A stretch of DNA of 64,000 nt, from contig JAQFVV010000003.1 of assembly GCA_028023455.1 (NCBI GenBank), positions 7,006,001-7,070,000 of the forward strand. Direction: 5' to 3'. The notes under the pieces are model-generated. The model was not told the DNA's origin and searched no databases. It saw nothing but the letters and a program-made list of their open reading frames with translations. Shown here in pieces: positions 25,123 through 37,224 of this stretch. Numbering within the stretch: the stretch's first letter is position 1; every line of letters begins with the position of its first letter. This DNA is from Epiperipatus broadwayi. Taxonomy: Eukaryota > Animalia > Onychophora. The position numbers were made by a program, and so were the translations under genes.

Positions 25123-26899
25123 TCCTAAATCATATTACTTTATAAATTGTACATGTGTCCATATCAGTACCTTTCTAGTTATATCTCTATTTTGCAAAAA
25201 TCAAATTAGTTTGAATTTAGCTCATGTAGTAGACTGTATTGCTGTGAAAAAATTTTCAACAATTTTTTTTTGTTTTTAAATGACTGCATTTTCCCTACTT
25301 TTTAAGACAAATATTATAAAACTTATTGTTACTAATGATTACAATAACAAAAAGAAATTTTATTTCTTTATAATAACTGATTGTAAGAAATCAATCAACT
25401 AAACAAAAATAATTTTATTTCTCCATTTTCATGATTTTATGTCTATACTTTTTTAATTTTTTATACAAATATTTTAATAGTTATTATAAATAATGCTCAT
25501 AATAAAAAAAATCAAAATTGAAATGATATTTATATAAAACAAATAATCTTCCTGGGGAGTATTAGATACCATATGTAGTCTGTATATTTGGAAATCACAT
25601 TGAAGCCATTGCAATTTTATTATAAAAGCTAGATTGTAAACTAATGATAAATTCTAAATATTGAAATCTATTAAACCCATAACAGAATTGTTCACTATCA
25701 TTTGACAAACTATAGGTGAAGTCTTAACTGGATTCTTATTTGTCAAGATCTGTCTAAATTTCACTTAAATGACTATTCATTATATTGAAAATGTTTCATG
25801 ATAAGAAAATAAAAAAAAAAGCATTAACATTAAAATCCAAAAAGAAGGACTGAGTTCCTTTGATAAAATTATGATAGATAAGTTTGAATCAGTAGAAAAT
25901 AAAAATTTACAATTGAAATCCTATATAAAAATAAATAAATAGATTTACATAGACAAAATGTTTTTGATTAAATGAAACATTTTAAATTGTTGTAAGAAAT
26001 TTTAATATAAAAATTGAACAGTGATGGAAAGACAAACCTGCCATAGACAAATTGGGATATTGAAAGGAGATAAGAGAATAAATGATTTGTGGAATTTGCT
26101 AGATAAAAAAAAATATTCTATCCTATGAATTCTTTTTTTGTAAAAAAAAAATCCATAAGGAAAATGGACATGTAAATAAATATCCCAAATAAAAACATAG
26201 CAGATATGAAGGATATTTTGATTGATAAAAAACATCTATCTCTAGACTGCAATGTTTTAATAGATTCAAAACACAGGAAATGGTCATCTCTTAATGAAAT
26301 GTAACATAGCGGTCAGCAACATATGACCTAAAGGTCATTTAGTGACTGGGAATTCTTAGTGATCATAAAATGCATTTAAGATGATCCACTAATTACTTTT
26401 CACCGAGGAAATCATTAATTTAATTGTTATTACAATTTAGAGTTAAATTTTTAACTACATAGACTTAATTCTTGCATGTTAGTACTGTTTTCTATTTTTT
26501 TTTTTTTTCATCAATTTGATTAAAAAATAAAGCATTTTTCTGCAAAATGTTCTCATCATTTTTTAAAATAATGTTTGCATTATAAAAAGAGTATACATAC
26601 TAATTCATTTTCTTACTGCCATTTTTCATCTTATATATAGATTTTGTCAGGTATCATTGATTTATTTGATCAATGAATAAGATGCAAAGTATTCAATAAA
26701 GAGTGACCTGAGATAAAAACAAATTACCAATCACTGGTATAAAATATACCTTAAAGCGATTTAAAAAGACAATGTTAATAGTTGATATTTTTAATTTTCA
26801 GAAATATTTTACTGAACTTAACCTATTTTTTAGAAGTCAATTTAAAATTCTAACAGATTATAACGATCGTTTAGACCAAATCAAGATCAAAAGCAGCAA

Positions 26900-27180
26900 T
26901 TTTACCTGTAAATTTTGAACTGAAGCAAAGAAGTGTATAAAAAAAGAAGGAAAATTTAAAAAAACATTTAAAGATAACCTATAATGAAAAAACTAAATAT
27001 AATATCAAAAATTAATGATAAGATAATGCAACTGGAAAATGTCAATAAAAGCTGATATTGAAAGAAAAATTATTTCAATAACAAGAACAAAATAAAAACT
27101 ATTACTAAAGAGGATGGTATTATAAAGTGTTCAGAACAATTCTACAAAGAACTGTGTAATAGTAAAGAATAAAAAAAGAT
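26900..27180 (+). mobile_element. Possible LINE ORF2 linker remnant
   Basis: A-rich broken frame ending ...KEDG...KCSEQFYKELCNSK, resembling the RTE endonuclease-RT linker. Confidence 0.25.
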
Positions 27181-28689
27181 TAAAATAATCTATTATAAAA
27201 TTATTATATTAAAAGTATTTATTGTTATCTTGGCCATTTAGTTGATTGATGTGGGAAAAAAATCATAAAATTCTTCCAATCTTTTATTATTATATATGAA
27301 TGTAAATCTGAAAGATTTAGTCAATTAATTAGAATTATTTCACTATTATTCATTCAGTATTCTATAATATTTAACAATATTAGTTGTCATTTTCACTCAA
27401 TTTTTTTTTTTTTTTTCATTTTTCAATCAAATCTATATTTTTCTATTTTGTCTTCTAATGTCAATTATATCTAGTCCATTTTTTTAATTTCTAACATTAA
27501 AATATAAAATATTCTCAGTTGCAAATGGATTCAGACTGAGGCTATATTAAGCTTATAAAGGATTCTAAATATAAGTCCTCATATATATCACTTAGTAAGC
27601 TTAAAATAATATTTTTATAGATGAAATATAAGTTTCTATTTTGTTTTTAGATATTATTTTAAATGAGAGCATTTAAGCACTCTCTGTTATATCATTGTGA
27701 AAATAAAATAGCTTTAGTAGCAAATAAATAAGCTAAACCATATTTGTATTCCAAGAGAATTGATTATAAGAACTTATCAATGCAGAATAAATGCTTTGAA
27801 CCTCCTTATAGAATTTTAATTATAACAATCTAATTAGCAATTTTTTAAAAAAATCTCACTAGGTTATGCCATTTAGATCTCATGATAAGTATTCACTTAG
27901 TTATAAGCATTTATCTTATCAATGGACATTGCAATATTTCCAGACATCCTTTTACCTATATTTTATCTAAAAATAAAAAAATTTAACTGTCTTGTTAATA
28001 GACTTTGCAATGATTCTGGAAATTGGATATGAAAAGATACAGATCTAATTTATGACTTTTGATAATGAACTCTAAAATGAAGAATAATGTTGATACATAG
28101 CCTTGATGTCTTTCAACCGCCCATGTTGTTCACTATTTAAAGTTCATTTATACATTACAATTTCTTGCTCAGATTAGAATACCCTACATCTTTATAAAAA
28201 GGATGCAGATGTTTAATAAGGTGTTTAATGCAGCATAAGATGTAATAACTGCAGAGTATTTGTGTTTTATGAATTGATTTGAATGCATCTCTACAAAACT
28301 TATCTTTTTATTCTAGTTTTTCTTTCTATTATAATTCATAAAAATAATGGCTTTATATATTTATATTGGTTGATAATATATACAGTATATGTAAGCTAAA
28401 ATATTATGAACACAACATGTTGGTACTATATTTCAGGATAATGAGCATAAAAATGGAACTACACACTTGTAACATTTTTTTTATTTTATTAATAGAGATA
28501 ATATAAATTATCTGTTAAAAAATTGACAGCAATTTTTTAAGCCCATAAGAATAATAGCTGACTGATTTAAGTTTAAGGAAGTCAACTTGTTTAAATTAGA
28601 TGATTTTTTGGCATCAAAACTATTAAAGTCCCAAATCACAAAACTGATATTATTTGTTAAAGATGAATAAAAAAAAAAAATTAAATGAC

Positions 28690-29215
28690 AGTTTCTCCAA
28701 GTTTATCTAATTTCTTCCACTTATAGTTACCTTATTCTATATCATTCAATCAAAGTTCCTTGCTTCATTTATTCATTCTACACATGGTCTTTTTTTAGAT
28801 CTTTTACAATCTCTTAATATGATTTAATATTTCAGTTAAGTGTATAATGTCATTTCTTGTAATGGCTTGTCCAATCTAACTCTCTTGCAGTCTCTCAATT
28901 CTTTCAATGTTATTAGCTATACCTGTTTGTTTTTCATTCATGTATATCATTTTTAATTTCTCATTATGACTTTCAACATACATTTTTCCATAGGTCATAG
29001 TTTGAACTGAAGTTTCTATAAGCCTCTTTCAATTTAATAATAAGTTATTTTGTCAAAAGCACTCCATCCAAGTTTAATTCCATGATTAATTTTATCAATT
29101 ATAATTTCATCTGCATTAATAATCTATAATAAAAATAATTGTTATTAAATATCTATATGTTAAACTGATTGACAGCACAAAGGATTCTTGACAAAACAAA
29201 ACCATAACAGAATCC
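28690..29215 (-). mobile_element. Degraded RTE-like LINE RT fragment
   Basis: Minus-strand remnants of the ...CVLS...FNI motif, a ADE(D)-like motif and LGWSAFDKI (RTE-type LGWAAFGKL). Confidence 0.45.
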
Positions 29216-29244
29216 TTACTGAAGACATCAATACAAATTTTCCC

Positions 29245-30300
29245 CCTTGAATGTTTGCAATGATATTGCTTCATAAATTAAGTATTTTCAAGGTGATATT
29301 TCAATGCCACTGTTTAATTGCTGAGGCTATTAATATATGGTGATACTGAACTGAGTCCAGATCCATACTGGATTTGAAGACATTTATGCATCTAAAAAAA
29401 TCAGATTTTCAAATTGATAGTAACATATTAGATAAGTGCTGACTTTTGAGTTTGTATTTTAGATATAGTGCTTGGAGTCCTAATTCCTCTCTGAGGTGAA
29501 CCATAAGCTCAAAACCAATTGGTCTGGGGATGAGGACTTTCCAATAGAGATTTTGAATTCTTTCTCTTTTGGCACATTCTTTCTCTTTTGGAACTCATAA
29601 ATTAAAGCTTGATCAAGGCTATTGGTAAGCTCCCACTAATGAACATTTTAATACAAGCTTAAAAGCAAGTTACCCAATTTGTGTCTTGTTTTATTAATTA
29701 TTATAAGTGTACCCTTGAAGACTTTTGCAATGTTATATTGCTGAGACTATTAATGTATGATGAAACTGAACTGAGTTCAGACCCATATAGCTATCTGATT
29801 TGTAACATTGGATTTGAAGACATTAACATGTCCGAAAAATTCAGGTTTTCAAATTGATAATAACATATTAGATAAATGCTGACTTTTGAGTTGGTATTTT
29901 AAATCTAGTGTTTGGAATCCTAGCTCCTCACTGAGGTGAACCATAAACTCGAAACCAATTGGTCTGTGATGAGAACTTTCTGGTAAGATTTTGAATTCTT
30001 TCTCTTTCAGCACTTATAAATTAAAGCTTAATTGGGGCCTAGCTCCTCACTGAGGTGAACCATAAACTCGAAACCAATTGGTCTGTGATGAGAACTTTCC
30101 GGTAAGATTTTGAATTCTTTCTCTTTCAGCACTTATAAATTAAAGCTTAATTGGGGCCTAGCTCCTCACTGAGGTGAACCATAAACTCAAAACCAATTGG
30201 TCTGTGATGAAAACTTTCCGGTAAGATTTTGAATTCTTTCTCTTTCAGCACTTATAAATTAAAGCGTAATTGGGGCTATTGGTAAGCTCCCTCTAGTGAA
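29245..30300 (+). repeat. Tandem array with four hammerhead-like motifs (family B)
   Basis: ~440 bp duplicated unit whose second copy contains a 119 bp x3 repeat (starts 29919, 30038, 30157). Each unit has CTGAGGT GA(A)C-CATAA-(G/A)CTC GAAAC CAATTG GTC / TG. Confidence 0.85.
29477..29537 (+). ncRNA. Hammerhead-like motif B1
   Basis: GTCCT-AAT-TCCTCT CTGAGGT GAAC-CATAA-GCTC AAAAC CAATTG GTC / TGGGGA-TG-AGGAC. Extended helix I; palindrome ACCAATTGGT; U at position 9 and G12 to A. Confidence 0.6.
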
Positions 30301-32869
30301 CATATATACACATTTGAGTTAGATAGATATTTTAAAAGGTGTTGATTTTAAAGCATGTATCTCTATGCACCCCACACACAAATCTCCAACACTTCAGAAA
30401 TAAAAGAATACATCACAGTGCTGAATATTTGTTTATTATATAGACAATTGTGCAGAAAATAAATGCTCAAAAGACAATGTTTAGCTAAAGCAGATTGCAA
30501 TAAGATTTGTCAATTAGAATATTAATAAACAGAAAAGCAATAGCAAAGCTAACCAAAAAATCATTTGTTTCAACTTAAAAATGTTTGAATATAGTAATAA
30601 AATGTGCTAAGTTTTTATGCATTAATTTTAAAAATAATGTTATAACTAACATTAGTTCCACCACATATTTAACTAAAATTTGAGTAGGAGATTCTGTAGC
30701 ACTCACTATATGACAGAAGAGAAACATTTATTTATGTATTTTTGGTAATTTTGTAGAATTTGAGACAAGCAAAAGACATTTTGGTAGAAATTATTTTTTT
30801 ATTTTTTTTTCTTATTAATTAGTGATTTATTATTAATAGTATTATTGTTTAGCAGAACTAGAATTTTACTGTTGTATGTGCCATGGCCCCTATTAAATGG
30901 AGATGTTGTCTTTCACCTACTTCTAGATTGTTTTTAAATAATAATTCTTAACAATAAGATGGCTAGTGCAATCCAGCTGAAACATATACACAATAATTGC
31001 TCACGAATGAGTTCAAAATGAGCCCAATTAATGTATCTTATATAACGATGTGGGTATGTGAATGTACTTATAATAACAAATTAATATAATAAAACATGGA
31101 GATAAAGGTGTTAAAATTTGGACAGCCATAGGATAGTATTATTTTTGTTTAAGTAATATTTAATATGAATCCAACCCAACTGATTATTTGTCCAATGATT
31201 TCCCCGTGAATCTTTTCTCTGGGAGAAAAGGCTTTTTCAGACAATCTGTCCATTTCTAAAATGATAATAATCACATTTATTTAAAGATCATTCAGTCAAA
31301 TGATTTTATGAACATAAGGATGTTCATTATCTTCTGTAACTTTTCTCATCCTCGTTAAACTATTCTTGAACGACAAGTAAAAGATTGATATTCTACTGTG
31401 AACTCTCCCAAAAAATATGAGTCTTATAAGAAATAGCTTAATATTTGTTCAGGCAGTTTTCAAATATTACACAGTTCCATTCCTTATAAAATGATGAATA
31501 GAAAATAGTCTTTAAGTAGCCACTACAAAACAAATGCCTTCCCAAAACAACTTTTTAAAAAGGAAACAATAAAGATATTAATAGGACTGTCGGTTTCTAG
31601 ATAGTAAGAATTTGAACAATATTCCATGCTTGTTTTTCCCTTTAGCTAGAATAGCTATACACCCATGAATTAACTAATATCGGATAGTAAACTGAGTTGG
31701 CTATACAACGGCTACCTATAAAAAAAAAAAACCTTCTTAATTTGATAATAAACTGGAGATTTTTTTTTTCCATTTAGAATACAAGCATTTTTAAAAGAAT
31801 ATTTTCCTTACATTGTAGCAATAAAACTATCACACTCAATTTGTCTAAGCCTTTTATATCCCGTACGCGTTAATAAACATTAATTCCAAATTTTAAAAAA
31901 TTACTACAAAATATTTTTACAATAAATAATTTTATTATTATTTAATCAATTTAAAATTTCAAATCTATTTCCAATAAATATTTCAACTAAGTTGGATAGG
32001 AGACGTTTTGACTTATTTCACTTATTTTCAGTACTTTACTGGAAATGCTAAAATCAATGCAAGTCGTTGAGATGTAAAAGAACCCGTAAAGTGGTTCAAC
32101 GCAATTTCAGTTTTACAAAAATCACATCAATTAAACCAATAATAAATGAAACAACCGAAGCAAGAGAAAAAAAAAAACAAATTAGCATCCAACTTTCTAA
32201 ATCATTTTTTAACAATGTAGATTTTGTACAATAGTTAATAATTAACTGAAAAGTAATTAAAAAATCTTCATGAATAATTCATAAAACTTGCCATTAAAAA
32301 ATTGTATAATAGTATGTATTTTAATTTATTAAATAATATAATCTGTAGAAATCATAAAAGTCTGTTTATCTATAAATATATAAACACAAATATATATATA
32401 TAGTGATGGTAAATGAGAGAACTCGGAGCTTATAGAAATATGAGCCGCACTCATCTGTGAAAAAGTCCACAAAATATTACAATCGCATTTTTGTTTTTTC
32501 GGACAGCATATAGAAAATTATCAGACAAATAAATGCAAATAGATACTGCTATCGAAAAAATAGCGAATAGCTATTTGGATTGGCCATGGACAAACTATCC
32601 AAAAAAAATCTAATCCTGATCTTGATGTAAAAAGATTTCCAGAATCTATCTTGATCAGAATTGAACCACAGATAGTTGACATGGAAGCAACTATAATAAT
32701 CACTATAGCATAACATCATTCTATGTCATATATATATATAAATCCTATTAATGTTTAGAAGTCCTTCAAATTTACAATGTAGCTTTAAATGTCAATATGC
32801 TAGAATAAATTGCGGTTGAATTTAGAATGAACTGAGTAATAAACCATCTGATTATTATTACTTATTAAC

Positions 32870-33160
32870 TGCATTGCTTTTAGTTTTTTATGAGATTGTA
32901 TCCAAGATTAAACAAAAAATATTACTTAACTATGTAAATTATAATTCAGATAATCTATTATAAACATTTAAAAAGATCCATGCAATTTTGTTAGAAGTTC
33001 CTGAAGCTTTACTAACTAACTTAATAGTAATGCACCTGAAAGAGATAGATAAAACAGCCTTTAAATACGTTATTGCCTGAACAAAGGCCTTTCCAATAGC
33101 CTATGTAGGAATAAATTTACTTATCAAGTTTCCCAAATGCTGATAGTGAGGAGTCTTTGT
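32870..33160 (-). mobile_element. Possible RTE-like LINE fragment
   Basis: Minus-strand SAFGKL motif in a broken frame. Confidence 0.3.
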
Positions 33161-34360
33161 TTATCTGTTTTACTTTATAGATAAAAATATCTAAATATCA
33201 TTTAACAATTAATATAAATTGATTACAAAGTGAAAAAAATTCAAGTTTTATTCGGTCTGATTCAAATTCCAGTTATAAGTTTGCCAGTATTACACTATGA
33301 TACCCATTTGTGTAGTTGTAAATAGAATATAAATTTGGATAAGGTGTTTTTGTGTTCAATTGCTTTAATGTGAAGTCTCAGAAATGATGCTTCAAATTTA
33401 GATCACGAAAATAATTTCTTTTGTGAATTAGATTATTTCTATGAAAATATTTCTAATGTAGATTTAATAAAATGTTTTTGAGTATATAAAAAGTATTTTG
33501 CATTTGTTATTTTAGGATAAACATTCTTAAAATATTAAAGTTTACTGCCTTTTCCAACTCATGTTAAAGGTTACTTCAAGATTACATTTTTAAATATTTA
33601 ACTGTGAAATATGGAAAAAATTAAATCTAACAATGCATTATTTAACACTATATAATATGCACACGTTTTATGTGAAAGCAAATTTAATTTACAATTAATA
33701 ATTACAATTATAAGAACTATATTTGATACTTCTACAATATTGCTGTGAATACTGGACCATTATTTATGGCATACAGAAAATCAAAAGCCTGTAAGATGTA
33801 ATGCCTCAAAAAAAGATTAAAATAAATAGCAAGTGATAAAATATTTCAAAGTGCAAAAATATTAATTAATACAAGCAATGCCCTGAGAAATTGAGACAAG
33901 CAATGATAGTAAAAGGCTAAATAATTAGAAGTTCTGGACTAATTCTATCTGATGTAACAATATGAATGAAACAGCAGTGTTCCGCCAATTGCTTTGGTTT
34001 TCAAATGATTTCCTAAGTAACTGATAATATTAATTTTTTAAATTCAACTGATGATAAATCCCAAACTGATTTACTATGGAAATGTACATAATAAATATAT
34101 TATTCTATAATTATCAATAGAAAGAAATATGAGAGAAGAAATAAAAAAATTGAAAAAAGAGAATAGATGGGTAATATTAAGAAATTACTATACATTATTG
34201 ATGTCACTAAAATATATAGTTTCTTATCTAGTTTTAAATTATATAATAATATATATTATTGTTTTGTTTAGTTTAAGACTTAAAGGTTATTGAATGTTAG
34301 ATTATCAGCTTGAATAGAAAACTTAAATATGCCTGCTAGATATGTGAGTGCAAATTCTGC

Positions 34361-34445
34361 TATTCAGTGAAGATGGCCAATAGATACAAACTAGTCTGAA
34401 GATATACTTCTTGATTACTCAAGCTTACAATTGATGGCTCTAGAA
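34361..34445 (+). mobile_element. Degenerate family C copy with hammerhead-like motif
   Basis: TATTCA GTGAAGA TGGC-CAATA-GATA CAAAC TA GTC / TGAAGATA, followed by TTGATTACTC...GCTT matching the family C tail. Confidence 0.55.
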
Positions 34446-34613
34446 TAATATAAATTAAATATTGCAGATGTCAAAAATAAGCAGAGAAAGGTATGTGATA
34501 TTTTGGTAAAGACTCCTGAATAAAAAAAATAATGCATGAATTATAACTTTTTATTTATGAAAGACTTTTAAACTTTAATTTTTTATATTCTGTATAATTT
34601 ATGTAATTATATA

Positions 34614-35332
34614 TTGTTCATATTTATTTATTAAGCATATAGTTCATATAAAATTAAAGTGAAAGGATTTCACCTTTTTAACATGTGCCTTACTGATTTT
34701 ATAAATGATGCTGTGTTAAATACAGAGGAAATTCACAAACCCAAACACAAAATAGAGATTTTATAAATATAAGAGTGGCTGTCTTGTCTTTAACCTAAAT
34801 TCTGATTTATATACACCAATTTAAAGCATCTTGATTTGAGAGAGTGAAGATATTATTCTGTTCACTTTTACTTCCATTACTTTCTTACATACATTACCAT
34901 TCGTGAAATCTTTCAATTTGCATATTATGAATTAATAGAAATTATGTAAAATTCAAATTTATTTATTAAGCACATAGATCATATGGAATTAAAGAGAAAG
35001 GATTTCACCTTTTTAATATATACACCTTACTGATTTTATAATAGTTCAAAAATGCTGTGTTGAGTACAGAAAAAACAATCAAACCCAAACACAAGATAGA
35101 GGCTCATTGAGTTATTATAAAATCAGTAAGGTGCATATGCTAAAAAGGTAAAATCCTTTCTCTTTAATTTTATACAATCTATGCACTTAATAAATAAATT
35201 TGAATGTTACATAATTTCTATTAATTCTTAATATTAGTATACAATAAATCAAAATATTTTGCAAATGTTAATGGATGTAAAAGTGAACAGAATTACATCT
35301 TCACTCTCTCAAAGCAAGACACTTCAGATTGG

Positions 35333-35429
<97 letters not shown>

Positions 35430-35900
35430 ATTTAGATTATACGATGGCCACTCTTATCTTGTAAAGTCTGTATCTTCTGTTTAGGTTTGAAAGTTTCCTT
35501 TGTATTCTACACAGCATCATTGTGCTAATTACAAAATCAGTAAGTTGCATATGTTAAAAAAGTAAAATCCTTTCTCTTTAATTTCATATGATCTATGTGC
35601 TTAATAAATAAATTTGAACATTACATAATGTGTAATATTAACACGTAGTAAATCAAAAGCTTTTGTGAATGTTAAAGTAATGGATGTAACAGTGAACAGA
35701 ATAACATCTTCACTTTCTCCAACTAAGACACTTCAGATTGGTTTATATAAATCAGAATTTAGGTTAAAGATAAGATGGCTGCTCTTATCTTTACCTTGTG
35801 TTTGGGTTTGAGAGTTTCCTCAGTACTCGATACAGCATTGTTGAACTATTATAAAATTAGTAAGGTGTATATGTCAAAAAGATGAAATCCTTTCTCTTCA
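34614..35900. repeat. Head-to-head array of a ~340 bp unit with 13 bp TSD
   Basis: About 1.5 forward units (34614-35100) and about 2.3 inverted units (35113-35900). TSD ATGTAATTATATA at 34601-34613 and 35901-35913. (TA)n expansion at 35336-35424. Confidence 0.85.
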
Positions 35901-37005
35901 ATGTAATTATATACTGTGTATTTTTATATTTACAAATTATTATGTGTTTGATGAAGAAAGGATGGATCTAAATAATTCTACTCTTGGGCAATAGAAATCA
36001 ACAAAAAGCCATTGCAAAATGTAATACATTACATTCATATAATGAGGTAATATGTTGTATTATGTATGACTTCTCCGATTTATTTTAATTACCAATATCT
36101 CTCTTCCAAATCTGAGAATCATAACAGAAGCTATAAGTAATGGACACAGAATTATTTCTATCAGAAAATAAATTAATTAGACATTGACCATAGAATTTTG
36201 ATGGCACTGCAACTAAATGTCCATTATTTTAAATCATTACTTAAACTTGGGTACTCAGAAGTTACCAGATGATAGTGATTTAATCCTTATCCTCAGACTG
36301 GTTTCTGCATTTTACTTGTGGACTTGGGATTCAAAGCTGAAATTAAGCTTAATTGCATTGTCAATTGGTAAATAATAATTATTGAAGCTTATAATAGTAT
36401 TAAAATGGGGAAAAATAACTCTTGTTTTAATGTTGAAAACTAAAACTATCATAAGGCTTTTCTTCTCTAGTAAAGTATCAACATATATTTCTGTTTATAC
36501 ATAAAAAAAAATTTGATTTCATCAAAAGAGAAATTGTTTTCTTTCACATCACACAGAAAAAAAACTTATTATATATTTATTGATTTTTACCAATCTTTTG
36601 CTAAAAAATCAAAAATGTCTTCAGTTAGCTTCAAGTTGGAGTCACTAAAGTAGGATAATTTATGTAATGCCAAATCTATATATTATATAAATTTGCTAGC
36701 TTATATTCAAAAACCCTAAGGATGTCTAAATTTTACAATCCATGGCTTTGAATATCAAGATAAGTGAAAAATACAGTCATTAAATAGAAGGTAATAAAAA
36801 ATTGAAACTTCTATCAGAAAAAGATCATAGAAACTAATCACCCTGATCTAACTTTCATTGCTAATTGATATCCATTGAATTTAATCATTGTCTACATAGT
36901 GATTTATAGACTTTGATAAGATATTCCTATACCTATGCTAGTGGATTTTGTTGCAAAGTTTAAACAACAGAATCTATATATAGTAAACTAGTCAATTTAC
37001 TTCTA

Positions 37006-37224
37006 AACAGATCACATGAACACCATTCTTTATTCTTACACAAGCTGTTTAGACAGAGGCTAAACGCTCCATACAGTATCCACACTGATGAAAGCCACAA
37101 TCTAGAAACTAGTCTGGGAATATTGGATGAGTAGGCACTAGATAGGGATTTTATGCACAAACCTTCTTGTACCCATTAATTATTATGGCTTCCTCTGAGT
37201 GGTGTTACTTGTTTAGCCTTTGTG
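37006..37224. mobile_element. Family C element with hammerhead and 13 bp TSD
   Basis: TSD CAATTTACTTCTA at 36993-37005 and 37225-37237. Inverted tail on the left, HHR on the + strand. Confidence 0.8.
37074..37125 (+). ncRNA. Type I hammerhead (family C), core intact, weak helix II
   Basis: CAGTATCCACA CTGATGA AAGC-CACAA-TCTA GAAAC TA GTC / TGGGAATATTG. Palindromic ACTAGT. Confidence 0.7.

Noticed and set aside
30950-30995. AAGA TGGCT...AGCT GAAAC ATAT HHR-like string
   Set aside because: Core has 3 of 7 mismatches and there is no cleavage triplet or helix I.
31140-31260. Possible first coding exon on the minus strand (MDRLSEKAFSPREKIHGEIIG...) next to a CpG-retaining island
   Set aside because: Short, no convincing donor site and no recognisable homology.
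32440-32710. Frameshifted peptide DTAIEKIANSYLDWPWTNYPKK/SNPDLDVKRFPES...
   Set aside because: Looks protein-like but cannot be assigned without a search.
34048-34090. CTGATGA TAAATC...GATTTA CTATG GAAA TGTACA TA
   Set aside because: Five extra bases before GAAA and no helix I. Possibly a relic but not supportable.
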